A stretch of DNA of 64,000 nucleotides from Antedon mediterranea. Taxonomy: Eukaryota; Animalia; Echinodermata. Position numbers and translations under genes: made by a program. Position 1 is the first letter of the stretch. Each line of letters begins with the position of its first letter. The notes under the pieces were generated by a model that was not told the DNA's origin, did not search any database, and saw only the letters and a list, made by a program, of their open reading frames with translations. Below, in pieces: positions 15,880 to 28,600 of this stretch. The stretch spans positions 20,398,001 to 20,462,000 of the forward strand of contig NC_092674.1 in assembly GCF_964355755.1 (NCBI RefSeq), read 5' to 3'.

Positions 15880-16750
15880 CGTAAAAAGATTTTTTAACCG
15901 ATAGGTATCAACAGGTTGATTAAATATTGTTATATCTGATCAGATAGTATGTGATACTGGTGCCCATCAAGGCTGTGCTCTTTCAATACTTTTTCACTAT
16001 TTATGATTATCAATGTGAACCGAATGATATAGCTCTACCATTAAATATGCTGATGTGTCAAATAATCATACTACTGAATATAAAAATATTATTGAATAAT
16101 TTGTTACATGCTGTCAAGATAATTATCTAACCATTAATGTTAGAAAATAAAAGAACTGATTATTGACTTTAGAAAGAATATAGCGGGCATGAAACTTTTT
16201 TTAATGATGAATTAGTAATAGTTACCGAACTTAAATACCTTGGTATATGCTTAGATGATAACTAAACCGGAATCGTAATACCACAAGTATATATTCTAAG
16301 TGCAATCAAATGTTATAGTTTATCAGACAAATGAAGAAATTTAATGTTAATAGAGAATTTTTTTAATTTATTTACAATCTGTTTTACATTTTTGCTGTAC
16401 AATTATGGTTTAATGGGCTGACGAACAAAAACCTTTATGAATTAGAGAAAACAAATAAAGCAGATATCAACATAATTGGTATCAATGAATGTTACATTAT
16501 AAGAAGAAATTGCCACAGAAGCTGTTGTTAAAAATGTGAAATATGATGAAAACTAATGAATTACAAATTATGTTCTCTCATCTGCTGTGAAAATGTTGTC
16601 TGGTGAACGTACTTTTATCCTATTTTTATATTACACTGTTATCTACATTTGTTGATATTTTTACTACTGCCATGTTTTTTTATGTATTTTCTTTTGTAAG
16701 TTTCGAGCCAGAGTGAATAAAAAAAAAGGAATAAAATAATTGAATTGAAA
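15880..16750 (+). mobile_element. Degenerate 5'-truncated LINE (Rex1/Babar- or L2-like reverse transcriptase remnant)
   Basis: Frameshifted RT motifs: DFLTDRYQQV, CDTGAHQGCALS, IKYAD, ELIIDFRK, KYLGICLDD, SKCNQ; ends in AATAAA plus TTGAA repeats. Confidence 0.8.
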
Positions 16751-18130
16751 ATGTATTCATTAAAATTAAATAAAATATGACTATTGTGTGTGTTTTTTTT
16801 TTCTTTTTCTGTCTCAAAATGTCATTTTTTGTTAATGTAATGCGTCCGTATAATATGTTTTATGTTTATGCTTAGGACTACAAAGACAAGCCACTTTGGC
16901 TTCTGTGTATCTTAACCCATAAACTTTGTAAAATATTGAATATTGAATAAATGTTGTTGTATACATAACTAGGAGTAAAGTAAAATAAAAATTAGGAAAA
17001 GCATGCATATAATAACAAATTAAGTGAATATAGTTGGAGTTTGTATTTAGTTTTCTCTGACATATGCAAATTAGGAAAATAATGTGCAATGTTTCTAATC
17101 TAATACTTTACCATCTTATCACAAATGTGTGTCTAAATGTCCTTGATTTTTTTAATTTTTCAAACTTATCATTTGAAGTAAATGGACTTTAAATTAAACA
17201 TAATATAACGCCAACTCTGTTTGTGAAGGCAAAATGTCAGTAGCAGTGTTAACGGTGTACTTGAGACGTGAAGTGTCCGGAAACAATGATCTTAAAGTCT
17301 ATAAGATGTTGACGAACCGTTCGCTAAAGCACTTACACAAAAAACGCGAAAATATCAAAACTCGTTTACGTCGAGATTGAGTTACTAATGAGGCGATCAA
17401 AAAAAGCACTTACGTGAACCGGTGAGAAATTATTGCTTCCAATATAAAAATAATTCGCGTTAAAGTCAACGAGAAAATGCAGGAAACTCGCAAATAAACG
17501 GTTTTACATTTCGCCCACTAGCGCCGAAATCTAATATTCCAGGAGCTGTGTAAATGATTAATGAACATATCAATCGACGCCTTATTAATTTAGCAACCAT
17601 TAACGCAACGGGATTCGAAAATTAGACATAATTTGCGAGTAACGTGCTGTTATTACGTTAAAGAAAATAAAACATCAATACATGACTCCAATAAAACGAT
17701 CATTCGTCACAAAAACATTAAAGTTAATAATAATCGAATGACAAGTTTAAGATGTAATGTAGTACATTTATATAGTCCTAATGTAACGGTGAGATGATGT
17801 TTTTGTGAGAAATTGCTACAATGCATGAGTTTAATTTTCAAATGACATTATACTTTCTTTTTTTAATAAAAAATCGAATTTAATAGTTACTATGCCTTAA
17901 ATGTATTCTGAAATTACAAAAAATGCATAGATATTTTAAATTTTTATTTAAAAAACTATTCTGGAAGTGTTACATTCAGTTGGCCAACAGTAATCTTACT
18001 GAATGTTTAAATCTTTAGTTAATTTCGTTTTTTAGTTTGATTGGTTAGTAAATACTTTACCCGAATCATCGGGTACTTCACCAACATGATCATAATCTGA
18101 CCAATTAAGTCAACAGAATGCTTCCCTTAA

Positions 18131-18431
18131 AGATGTATTGTCCCCTAAAAACATGAACAATTAATCAGACTTTGTAGTTTTAATAAAGTTCCGTAGAAAA
18201 AAAAAAGAAAAACAAAATTGTTTCACTTATAAAATAACATAATAAATGGATAAATTCAACAATAAATCCATTGGCTGGCAGCCAATGTTTTAACTTACAG
18301 TTTTTTTCAGTTAAATAAATTTTGTTTAGATCCAATTTGTTGTCAAAGTGGATAACTATTATGTGACATTAAGATGGCATATTAAATAGCAAAACATTTG
18401 AAAAATTATTTTTCAGGAGGAAAATACATCT
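18131..18431. mobile_element. Kolobok-like MITE family, copy 1
   Basis: TTAA-AGATGTATTGTCCCC...GGAAAATACATCT-TTAA: TTAA target duplication with RR..YY termini. Confidence 0.8.
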
Positions 18432-19399
18432 TTAAAGGAATAAAAATACAGCATCATTATATACAGTATGTACAATATGCACACAACAATATCAATAATT
18501 ATGGAAGCACTATCCACAGAAAAAACACGATAGAATCCTTAGGAACATTTCATTAATTAGAGTATTGTTAGTCAACATACGTTGCATAAACTAGGTATTC
18601 ACAGAAGAGAGTTAATAGTACGTGTTTAGGCCTACATATATTAATGTGCATCACAGTAATCAAAACATAGGGTTGCAAAATGATATGTGATGATGCAATA
18701 GTATCAGAATAAACAACAATTGATAATCATGGGCACATAGGGTTTCTTATGTTGTTTTACAGATTTTAAAAACAGGAAATATTTTATACACATTTTTCGA
18801 TAACTGATATAGTTTTGACCAACGAAACATTGATTAATGAATCCATGATCGAAACAACATGCTTATTTTGTTTCTAATGTCTGTCTCATAAGTATATTAA
18901 ATGTATTTTATATCCTAACTTTCCGGGCAAAACAATTAAAAAAATATTCCATTGAAAAATGTTTGTCTATGTCTAAATGGTGGAGATGATCTTAATCCAG
19001 TATTTAGGCTAGTTTCTCTAATGTATTTCATAAGAAGATTTATTTACAAAAAAAATATACAAATTAAATAATAATAGTAATATAATTACATGGACAGGAA
19101 AACATTACGGTACCTAATCGGAAGTCGAAGTGTATGTTAATGCAAGTGAAACAAACATACACGGCGGAAATTAACGAACTCACTACAAATAAAACGCACA
19201 CGTTCTGGCTTTAACAATGTATATAAATATACTGGATAGGCCTATAGCAATACGTTTCACATTCGAAATAAAAATCAGAGAGAAAAAAAAGCCATAATAT
19301 GGGGCGGGACGGTCACGGTGGGACAAAATTGTTGTTGTTAAAAGGGGTATTTCATCACGTAATATTATATACTTTCATGAGAACATGTATTCTTCTTAA

Positions 19400-19560
19400 A
19401 GCTTGTTCCCCCACTAGAGCGCAACGTCAGCATAAGCCCAACGAAACCTGAGTGGACCATGACAGGCTATACAGACCGAATAGCCCATCGCTTGTCTGAT
19501 GTTGTCAGATCATTTGCGTTGCGTAACGTTCTTGCGTTGCGTCCCAGTTGGAAGCAGGCT
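19400..19560. mobile_element. Harbinger-type MITE
   Basis: TAA-AGCTTGTTCCCCCACTAG..CGCAACG ... CGTTGCGTCCCAGTTGGAAGCAGGCT-TAA (imperfect TIRs); a diverged relative lies at ~44846-45028. Confidence 0.65.
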
Positions 19561-22214
19561 TAATATGAATTAAATGATGGGAGTACGTAAGGTCTAGGCA
19601 TAGGCCCACTGTAGAAGATAACGACAAAGAAAGCAGCCAAAACCTATGTACGTATATCTAAGTATACTAAATTATTATTTAAAAATACATATTAATAAAA
19701 CATAAACAAACCGATACGATAAATACAATTACAATATATATATTTGTACTAATCAATACTTAACCTCAAAATCAAAACCATTATCAACATATATCACTCA
19801 CATATAATGCACCGCCCTCATGATATGATTAAACAAAATAAACAAACAAGTGTGATATACACACGACCTATATAATTTAACCCTAATTGTTAAGTTAACT
19901 TTATATTCATGAAAAGATTGCCGGATTAGGACAGATTATGAACGTACAATTGACAATACGTTGACTGAAAGACACAATATGTTAATGTATTGCAATAAAC
20001 AAATTTAACGAATACTCTAATAAGGGACCACATTTAGGACCGTTGTATTAAGCATTTGACAGTAACGGTTTCTAATTAGAATCACCACATTAAAAGTAAA
20101 TACAAAATTAAAATAATTGAAATGTGTTTTTTGTAATAAGAGAATAATTGTTTTGTTTAAACATTCGTTTAACTCAATTCGATAAATAAGTTTATTTGTA
20201 TAACAACAATTAAGCCTTATCCATCTTTCTGATAAATGTTTAAATTTTCTTTCTTCAGCTATAACAATGGGAAAAAATGTTTTTTTGGCCTTATGTATTT
20301 GTTTTTATATTCTGTAGTTAATTTTATGATTTATTTTCCAAATAAATCCAAATCATTAAAATTTCCCTAAAACCCAACTGTATTTCAGTCAATATAACAT
20401 ACTCGTACCCATATTCAATACAATAGTAGTATTTAATTGTTATTTTTACATCTGTAAAATAATAAATAAATAATATATAAACAACTGAATTATTGAATAT
20501 AAACTGTATAACATGCCTATATTACAATTACTGTTATTCTTATTGAATATCGTATACACAGATATGCATTTGGTTGTATAGGGAGTCACACAGCAACGGT
20601 AATTTATGTAGTTAAGCAGGAATAGCAACGACAAATCTTACAGAATAAATTATTATATAATTAACATTAAACAATAATGTCTTGTACATGCATGCCACAC
20701 ACAATAAAAAATAAAATCTGTAACATCCACTACGTAACAAATTGACTATATTAACGAGAAATATATTAGAAAACATCGAGAATAATTTATTAGTTAGACG
20801 GTTATAAAATACCTTCTATGAAGCCGAAATATATTATCACGGATTGTTCACGTTTTATCCTTGTCATCCTATGTTCAATATCCGTTATACAACGTGTATC
20901 CACGCTACATTCAATAACAAAAACACCAACAGAATTTGAGCAGAATAATTTCCTTCGTTTTTTCCCGATTGGTATTTAAATAAACGTCAAATAATATTCC
21001 AATATGGCGATACGAAGAACTTGCAGTACATGTGTGCACTGGTGAGCTTTTGTCGGCTTATTTAGTTTTTATTGAATGGTATTCTTTTATGCTATTGAAA
21101 TTTGTGAGTGGCATAATTTTCATTATTGTATGGTATTCAGAAGATGTTCAGCAAATGAAAATGGTAGCTTTGGTTAATACAATAGAAAGGCCATTGAAAA
21201 GAATAGAATGACAGTATTGGAGTGATGACACAATAGATAGCCTATCGGCGTTCATTGATGATACCTAGCCCTGTGCACAATTCTTTTTTACTTTCATTGC
21301 ACATGGTCTCATTTGTATAGAATTATGACACTCATTCATTCTCGCCGGATTTGAAGCATTCAATAGAAATTACACAGGTGACGTATATTCACTTAAGACT
21401 AGCACAAAGCCTTTTGAAAATCGCTAGGCCTTGGCTATTGTCAAGATTAAATGCAATTTTCTGCTATTGTTTGCATTCCAATGATGGTGAAATTGCTATA
21501 GTAATATGGCCCTGAGATATTATGATTGCTTGATGGCAGATTTATCGGCTGTTCGATTCGATATTAATAATATCTGAAAACAGCAATCTACGAGAAATCC
21601 ATCAATCCTAGTTTAAGCTTTAAATAATAAGCACGACAGTGTTAGGGACAACGTAAATGCACGTCTACGGGGCAAAATACTTTAATTACCTGCAATTTCG
21701 CCTTGCATATTGATTTGCAGAAAACTTAGCTGAATAGTGGGTGCGCCCATTTCATACACAGGGATATTACTCAATATGTCATTGAATGCAACACATGATC
21801 ATAACTTCTTCTAAATCCTCCAAAACTCTGACGTTGATATTCACTTAAACCCGTATAAATACCGAAATACTTTAATAGTTAATCAGGCTTTGAAGAAGTA
21901 GGTTTTCAAAACGAACTTGATTTACAAAGTTGGCTGTCAGCAGACGGACATAGGATGGTAATTAACCACGTGTTGCTTACATCCAGGTGTATGCACATTC
22001 CATTGTAAATATTCGCATTGGCGTTGTTCGTGAGACACACATCCATTGATGAGACACACATCCATTGATAAGACATAAATACAAAAGGAAAGAGACACAC
22101 GGTTAAAACTGATTTATTTATATAATAAATTCAAAGGTATTGTAACATTATTTTTGTGCATTAAAGAAAAATGTCGAGAAACACATGAGTCTATAAAGAA
22201 AACCTGTTATGATC

Positions 22215-22415
22215 ACAATTGGCTATAGGTACATTGCCGTAGCGTCAACGGCATAGTGATTGGTCATCATCAGTGACAACAATTGCCGACAAATCATATT
22301 TTTAAGAAACTTGTGATACTTCAAATACCACTAGGCCTACAGATACGTATGGTAGGCATAGTTTCAATACATTTAATTACCAATATTTAAACTAAGTACT
22401 GTCCATTTGAATATC
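22215..22415 (+). promoter_or_regulatory. Putative CDC20 promoter: two reverse CCAAT boxes and CHR-like elements
   Basis: ATTGG at 22218 and 22259, TTCAAA at 22320, TTTGAA at 22406, just upstream of the CDS. This resembles NF-Y + CHR G2/M promoters, but the motifs are short. Confidence 0.4.
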
Positions 22416-22637
22416 AATTAGCTAACAATGGTAAACTTAATACTACAATACCAGCATGATGTTTTCTGTGCAAAAGGCCTATTTTATAATTTAAAGTTGG
22501 CCTACAACACCGGTTATTTATTGTTATAATTAGTTAAGGTGATTAATTGTGGTTGTTATATTTGTTTTAAGTGGACAACTACTTTTGAAGATATCCAATT
22601 GCCTGACTGAGAGCACAAAACCCAGCCAATTTAAGGC

Positions 22638-25600
22638 ATGGCTAACTTGCAGTTTGAATCAACTATCAATAACCTGGTTAAATTAGATGCACCTATGAAC
22701 AAGTGCCCGGCTCCTCGTTGGCAACGTAAAGCTATGAATAAAGGTAGGCCTGGAATAATTGCAAATTCTTCATATAAACAAGTTTTAAAAACAGTTGTAA
22801 TTCCCTAACAAGAAATTGCTAAGGAAGCTACTTTAACTGAAATATTCAGAGAAACAGATACCCTACACAATGTAATGCATACAAATCTGAATTCTCTGAA
22901 TCTAATTATAGTAATAGAAAATCTCTAGAATCGGAAGTTCCAAATCGGAATTTCTGAATATGGGTTTATTTGTGGTCTCTGAGTATCGATCTGAGAATCT
23001 GAATTTAAAAATCTCTGAATCTGAATATCTATATCTCTGAATTTTAATATCTATATCTCTGAATCTTAATATCTATATCTCTGAATCTTAATATCTAAAT
23101 CTTTATCCCTTAAACTGGATTTCTGAATTTGAATATCTAAATCTGGATTTCTGAATCTGAATCTCTAAATCTGAATCAATGCTTATCATTAACTGATACT
23201 GAGTTTGTTTATTATCTAATATTGATGATGTAGATTACAATACAAAATAATTCAGATAACATTGTTAATAATGTAATGCTTATTTACTATAAGATGACTG
23301 TACTCAGTTGACGCTTTCGCCACTCCGGTTATCCAAAATCAAAACACCTCAGAAAAGATCACGCATAGGAAGTGGCAAAACTCCTCGCCAAACACCCAAA
23401 CAGACACCAGGCAATAAGAAGGCTAAATCAAAGAAAGCAAAGACTCCTGGTCAAAGCGTCAATTACCAAGGAGATCGGTAAGTATCAATCACACTAGTAA
23501 TTATCTTATCATTACATTGAAATATGCAACTGTGTAAATGTCTGCTTAATGAAGAGTTTATTGAAACTGTAAATATGGAACACAGTGAAAATTAGACTTA
23601 TCGATTGGAACGTTATTGCTAAACTTACGTAAGACAGTCAAACAGACGTTATTTTTGTTTAAAATCCAAATTAAAACAAATGCTCATTTAAAAAATGAAG
23701 TCTACTTTTAAAATGTTTACATTATAAATATAGGCTTAAGTATTGTAGCCATACTTTTAGGGTTAAGGTAGAGTTATTTGTTTTTGTTTTTTTTATACAA
23801 AAGACCCGTTTAGTTACTTTCCAAACACTTTTCTACAGTTGTTTCTTCCATTTAACTTGAAATAAGTGCCAAATTATACTTGTTACTGTATAATTGTCAA
23901 TAACTTACGACAAGCTAAATTAATACTGCTAAATAAGTTATTCTAAGAGATTCACTACAACATTTAAATGCTCAAATAATACTAATTTTTGCAAAATGTC
24001 TTTTTTTATCGACAGATTTATTCCAAATCGTTCAGAAATGAATATAGCTGTGAGTAATTTTAAAATGACCAGTGGCCAAAATAGCAATACGTCAAGTGGT
24101 CATGAAAGTCCGGAGAGTGGAGATGACGATGGTCAGAAACAAGAGAGCCTGTATTCCACGACTATGAAACAATTACTGAATGAGAACACAATTCAAGATT
24201 CCAAAATACTGAAATTTAAGAAAAATGCACCAAAAGTTCCAGAAGGTAATATAGCATATCGTTGCTATTCTTTCAAAACACTGTCTTCGTTTTTTCTGAG
24301 ATTATTGTACCCAATAGAAGAGGTATAAAGTAAATGTGTCATGTGTGGAATCGGATATCGCAGGTATAGATTCTGCAGGAGGAGGAGGAGGTTAACATTC
24401 TAACGTATATTTCATACATGAAAAATGCTCTGCAAGATATAAATATCAGAAAAGCAAAAAAAAAAAAATATTTTTGCCACCTAATGTTCTGTGGAGCGAT
24501 TCTATTTGTTATTTGTACCGAGAACACTGTGTATTGGAACTAAACACGAGTTAAATAGGTGTTTTATGTCGTTACTCTGTTTGGAGAAAGTTGAAAAGAA
24601 ATAAATGGTGCCTTAATCTAGTGTTCTCCTACAGCATTTGACGACTTAGGTCTTATTACCTTTTCTGTCAAAACTTAATAGTTTTCGACATTGCTACTAC
24701 ATTGCTTTTTAGGAAAACTACATGATTTCTGATTTTTTTCGATATAACCGAAAATATGGAAATGAAAATGTATATCTATGAGCTAATTAGTCTGTTGTAT
24801 TTTTAATAGGATTTTCAAACAACTTAAAAGTGCTGTATACGTCAAATTGTAGTAGCACTACGAAGTATAAAAGTCACCGTCAGATACCACAAGCTGCAGA
24901 TAGGATCATGGACGCACCTCAACTACGAGATGATTACTGTAAGATTGCAAACATTTCTAAAGCTCTGACTACACTATCAAACTAGTTTGACAGAAAAAGT
25001 ATGATGTGCCTAAATATGGTAGTGCTATGACGTCATAATTTCCATATTATAACATTTTGATAGTGTAAAAAGAGTTTTGTTTTTTTCCCTGATAATTTTC
25101 TTATGTCAAATTTGCATAGTTTGATTGTGACTGTTTTATTATTCAGACCTTACATTGATTGACTGGGGAGCCAAAAATTTAATATCTGTAGCATTAGACA
25201 AACAAGTGTATCTATGGAACGCCAACAATGGTGAAATAACACATCTTCTGCAAATGGATAACGCAGATGAATATATCTCAAATGTGTCGTGGATAGCTGA
25301 AGGAAACGTGCTAGGCGTTGGTAATTCACTTGGTCAAGTACAGGTAAAACATTATATACTAGAAACAAACATTTTAAAAATCTGACAATGTGGAGGGAAG
25401 ACGATAATGTTTTGTTTGAACAGGGGATCATCGTTCTTATACTGTAACAACAATTTACGGAACAAAGTAGATTACCCAGGCAAGATTATATCTGTTAAAT
25501 GTTATAGAAAAAATAAAAGTCATGGGGATCTCCACAAAAAATTTTTACATAAATAAAGTAAAAAATATAGAAAAGAGAAAAACAAAATTATAGATTCAAT

Positions 25601-28600
25601 TACTACTCACAACGTAAAGATAACTGGGTAATGCAATGATATAACAATACTGTACTGTAAAACAAGAAGACATTATGCAACCCTTAACATTACAAATAAA
25701 AATTATTTTTGCAAAATTACAGCTGTGGGACATCGAAAAACAAAAATGCCTACGAACAATGAGTGGACATGCTCACAGAGTTGGCTCGCTTTCATGGAAT
25801 TCATTTGTTTTAACGAGGTGGGTTGTCTTATTTCACAAAATAATGTTGCTAAAATAGACTATTTAAGTAACTACCGCCTATCAACTTATTTGTTTATGGT
25901 ACGTCTTATCTAATACTAAAGATATTTGAAACACAATATATCATTACACAGTCTGGAAGTCGTTTTGTCTAATTCGAACGTGTACTGTACTAAGTAACCA
26001 GTACACGACTCCAAATGGAAACTCACCAGAGATTAGCAAACACGTTCATGCTTGCCCAGTATGCCTAATTTTTACACACCGGTGCTGTGTGCACAAGTCT
26101 TTCTGCTATGTAACTCTTTCTAACATTGATATTCGGTAGATCACTGAAAAAAATACACATTATAGACATTAACTGTATGTTGAAATTAATAATGTATTTT
26201 TGTTCAACAGTGGTTCCCGTTCAGGCGTAATTCACCAGCACGATGTTCGAATTGCAGACCACCATATTGGCACTCTGAATTACCACACACAAGAGGTTTG
26301 TGGACTCAAATGGAGTCCGGATGGAAAGTATCTGGCCAGTGGTGGTAATGACAACTTGGTGAATGTATGGAATGGTACGATGATGAATGCCCCGTCTCCG
26401 ATACACAGTTTCACTCAACACCAAGCTGCCGTTAAGGTCAGTTTATTATGTTACGTACAATTGTATTGAAAGTTGTTTGATCTGTTATGAAATGGTAGAT
26501 CTCAAATAATGATTTTTTAAAGATAGAAAGAATGTTTTTTTTTGTAGGCGTTAGCATGGTGTCCGTGGCAACCGTATCTACTAGCTAGTGGGGGTGGTAC
26601 AGCTGATAGGCACATTCGATTCTGGAACTGCAACACAGGTTCTTGCTTGAATGGAGTCGACACAAACTCTCAGGTACCGTACCATACAACATTCGATAAA
26701 ATTGTTAGATTTTGTTGAAAAAACAACTCAGCAGAAACGGAATGACTGCGTCAATTTTTTAGAAATTGAAACTTCACAGTTCGATTTGACAACAATGTAT
26801 TTCTATAATATGCCACATGATCAATACAATAGTGAAGCCAAAGAAGATCGGGTTTAGAAATTACAATAGGCAACATCATATCATTTAATTGACACTATTA
26901 CTTTATACAGGTGTCGTCTATTATATGGTCACATGAACACCGAGAAATTATATCAAGTCATGGATATTCACAATTTCAACTGTCAATGTGGAAATACCCC
27001 ACGATGACGAAAATTACGGAACTCAAAGGTAAAATTCAATTACAATTTTAATCACACTGTTCTCACGCTCCCCTAATGTAAATATTCACTATCTACTAGT
27101 ATCTAGGACCACTCTCAAAAGACTAGAGTGAAGTATCAGTGGTTAACGAATTCCACTTTCACACCGTACCTAATCTATTGCATCATTTCAGACAATGTTA
27201 ACCCTAAAAGAGAACGTTTTCATTTTATTCCACATTGATTTAGTCATCAATTACATCATAATTGCAATACAACTGATAACAATGATCCTGCATAAAAAAG
27301 CTGTAGCTTCGTTTTTTTATAGGATCCTTTTACATAGAACAATATAAGTAAATAGAACTAAATAGATAAAACAGTCATTTCCCATAAAGAAAGGTGTTTA
27401 TAATCGACATATAGTGATAAAAAGTATTGTTTTGACCTGTTTTTTATACATTTATTTGGTTTCTTTAAAATAACCGGTTTATTACCACCATTGTGGTCCA
27501 TATGTGTATAAACTGTTGACTGCAAGTTAGTCTTGTGAAGGGAATTTCGAATTCAGTTTCTGTTCTGAGGTTATGAGTAGGCCTAATACTGTTACAGTAA
27601 TTAAAAATATTTTAAATATGATGTGTTAATTCATTGAATTTTACGTTTGCAATCCTATGACGTTTACTTTGTAAATATCATAAACGTTTAAAGACCCCTT
27701 CCCTGCAATTTTGGACGTTTTTTGGAAAATAATACATATATATCACTTTAAAAACATCAAACCATGTCATTCCTTGTCTTAAATGTACGTTTTATGGTAA
27801 ATTATGATAAAAAGTGAGAAACAATGCACTACCTAAGTAGCTCGCGGCGATCGACCTCTCGTGGACGGTCTTAGGCCTAGCCTGGCTAGGCTTAGTTTTG
27901 TAGGCCTAGCTGGTAAACATCGGTAACGTGCGAACATCGTACGCTAGCTATATACCTAGCCTGACGTTGTATAGTTGCTGCATTAATTGTCTTTCTATTT
28001 TTGCCAGACTCCGTTGATACAAATTGGGGAAAACCCGGTATTTTCGCTGAAAAGTTAGGAGTCTTCCATTTGTTTTGGCCTCACGATCGATCGAAAAGTG
28101 GGCGAATTACAGGTGAAAAACAAAAATATCAATCCGCACGCAATGCATTTTGGGATTTATAGCGGGCCGCTATAATTATTAAAATCGACTTATTTTTCAC
28201 ATTTTTAACCGTTTAAAGACGAAAAAAGTTATCGCAATAGGACCATATAGTATTATTTTTACATTAAATATAGTTTGTGATCTTAAATTAGATCTAAAAA
28301 ACGTAGGGAATGGGGCTTTAATATTTTTCTTCACTCTTTAATCAGAGTGAAAACTTGTTTTCTAAAAGAGCACGTTTTCCCTCTTAAACATTTTCAATAA
28401 TCGTAATGTCCATTCATATACAATTCCATAACCTCCTAATTTCTGTTTTTGTTAAATTAAAAATAAACATATTTCAATGTGTGAAGATTTGGTTTCCTCA
28501 ACTTTGCTATTCTCATCTTTAACCGTCTCACATTATTATTTGTTTTTACCCCATTAAATATGTATAATAAAATAAAACAGGACATAATATAAACTAGTCA

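Noticed and set aside
23478-24015. miR-34/449 cluster in intron 2, as in vertebrate CDC20B
   Set aside because: No GGCAGTG seed or hairpin seen in the CDC20 introns; the AGGCAGTGTA match at ~8140(-) lacks the miR-34 3' half.
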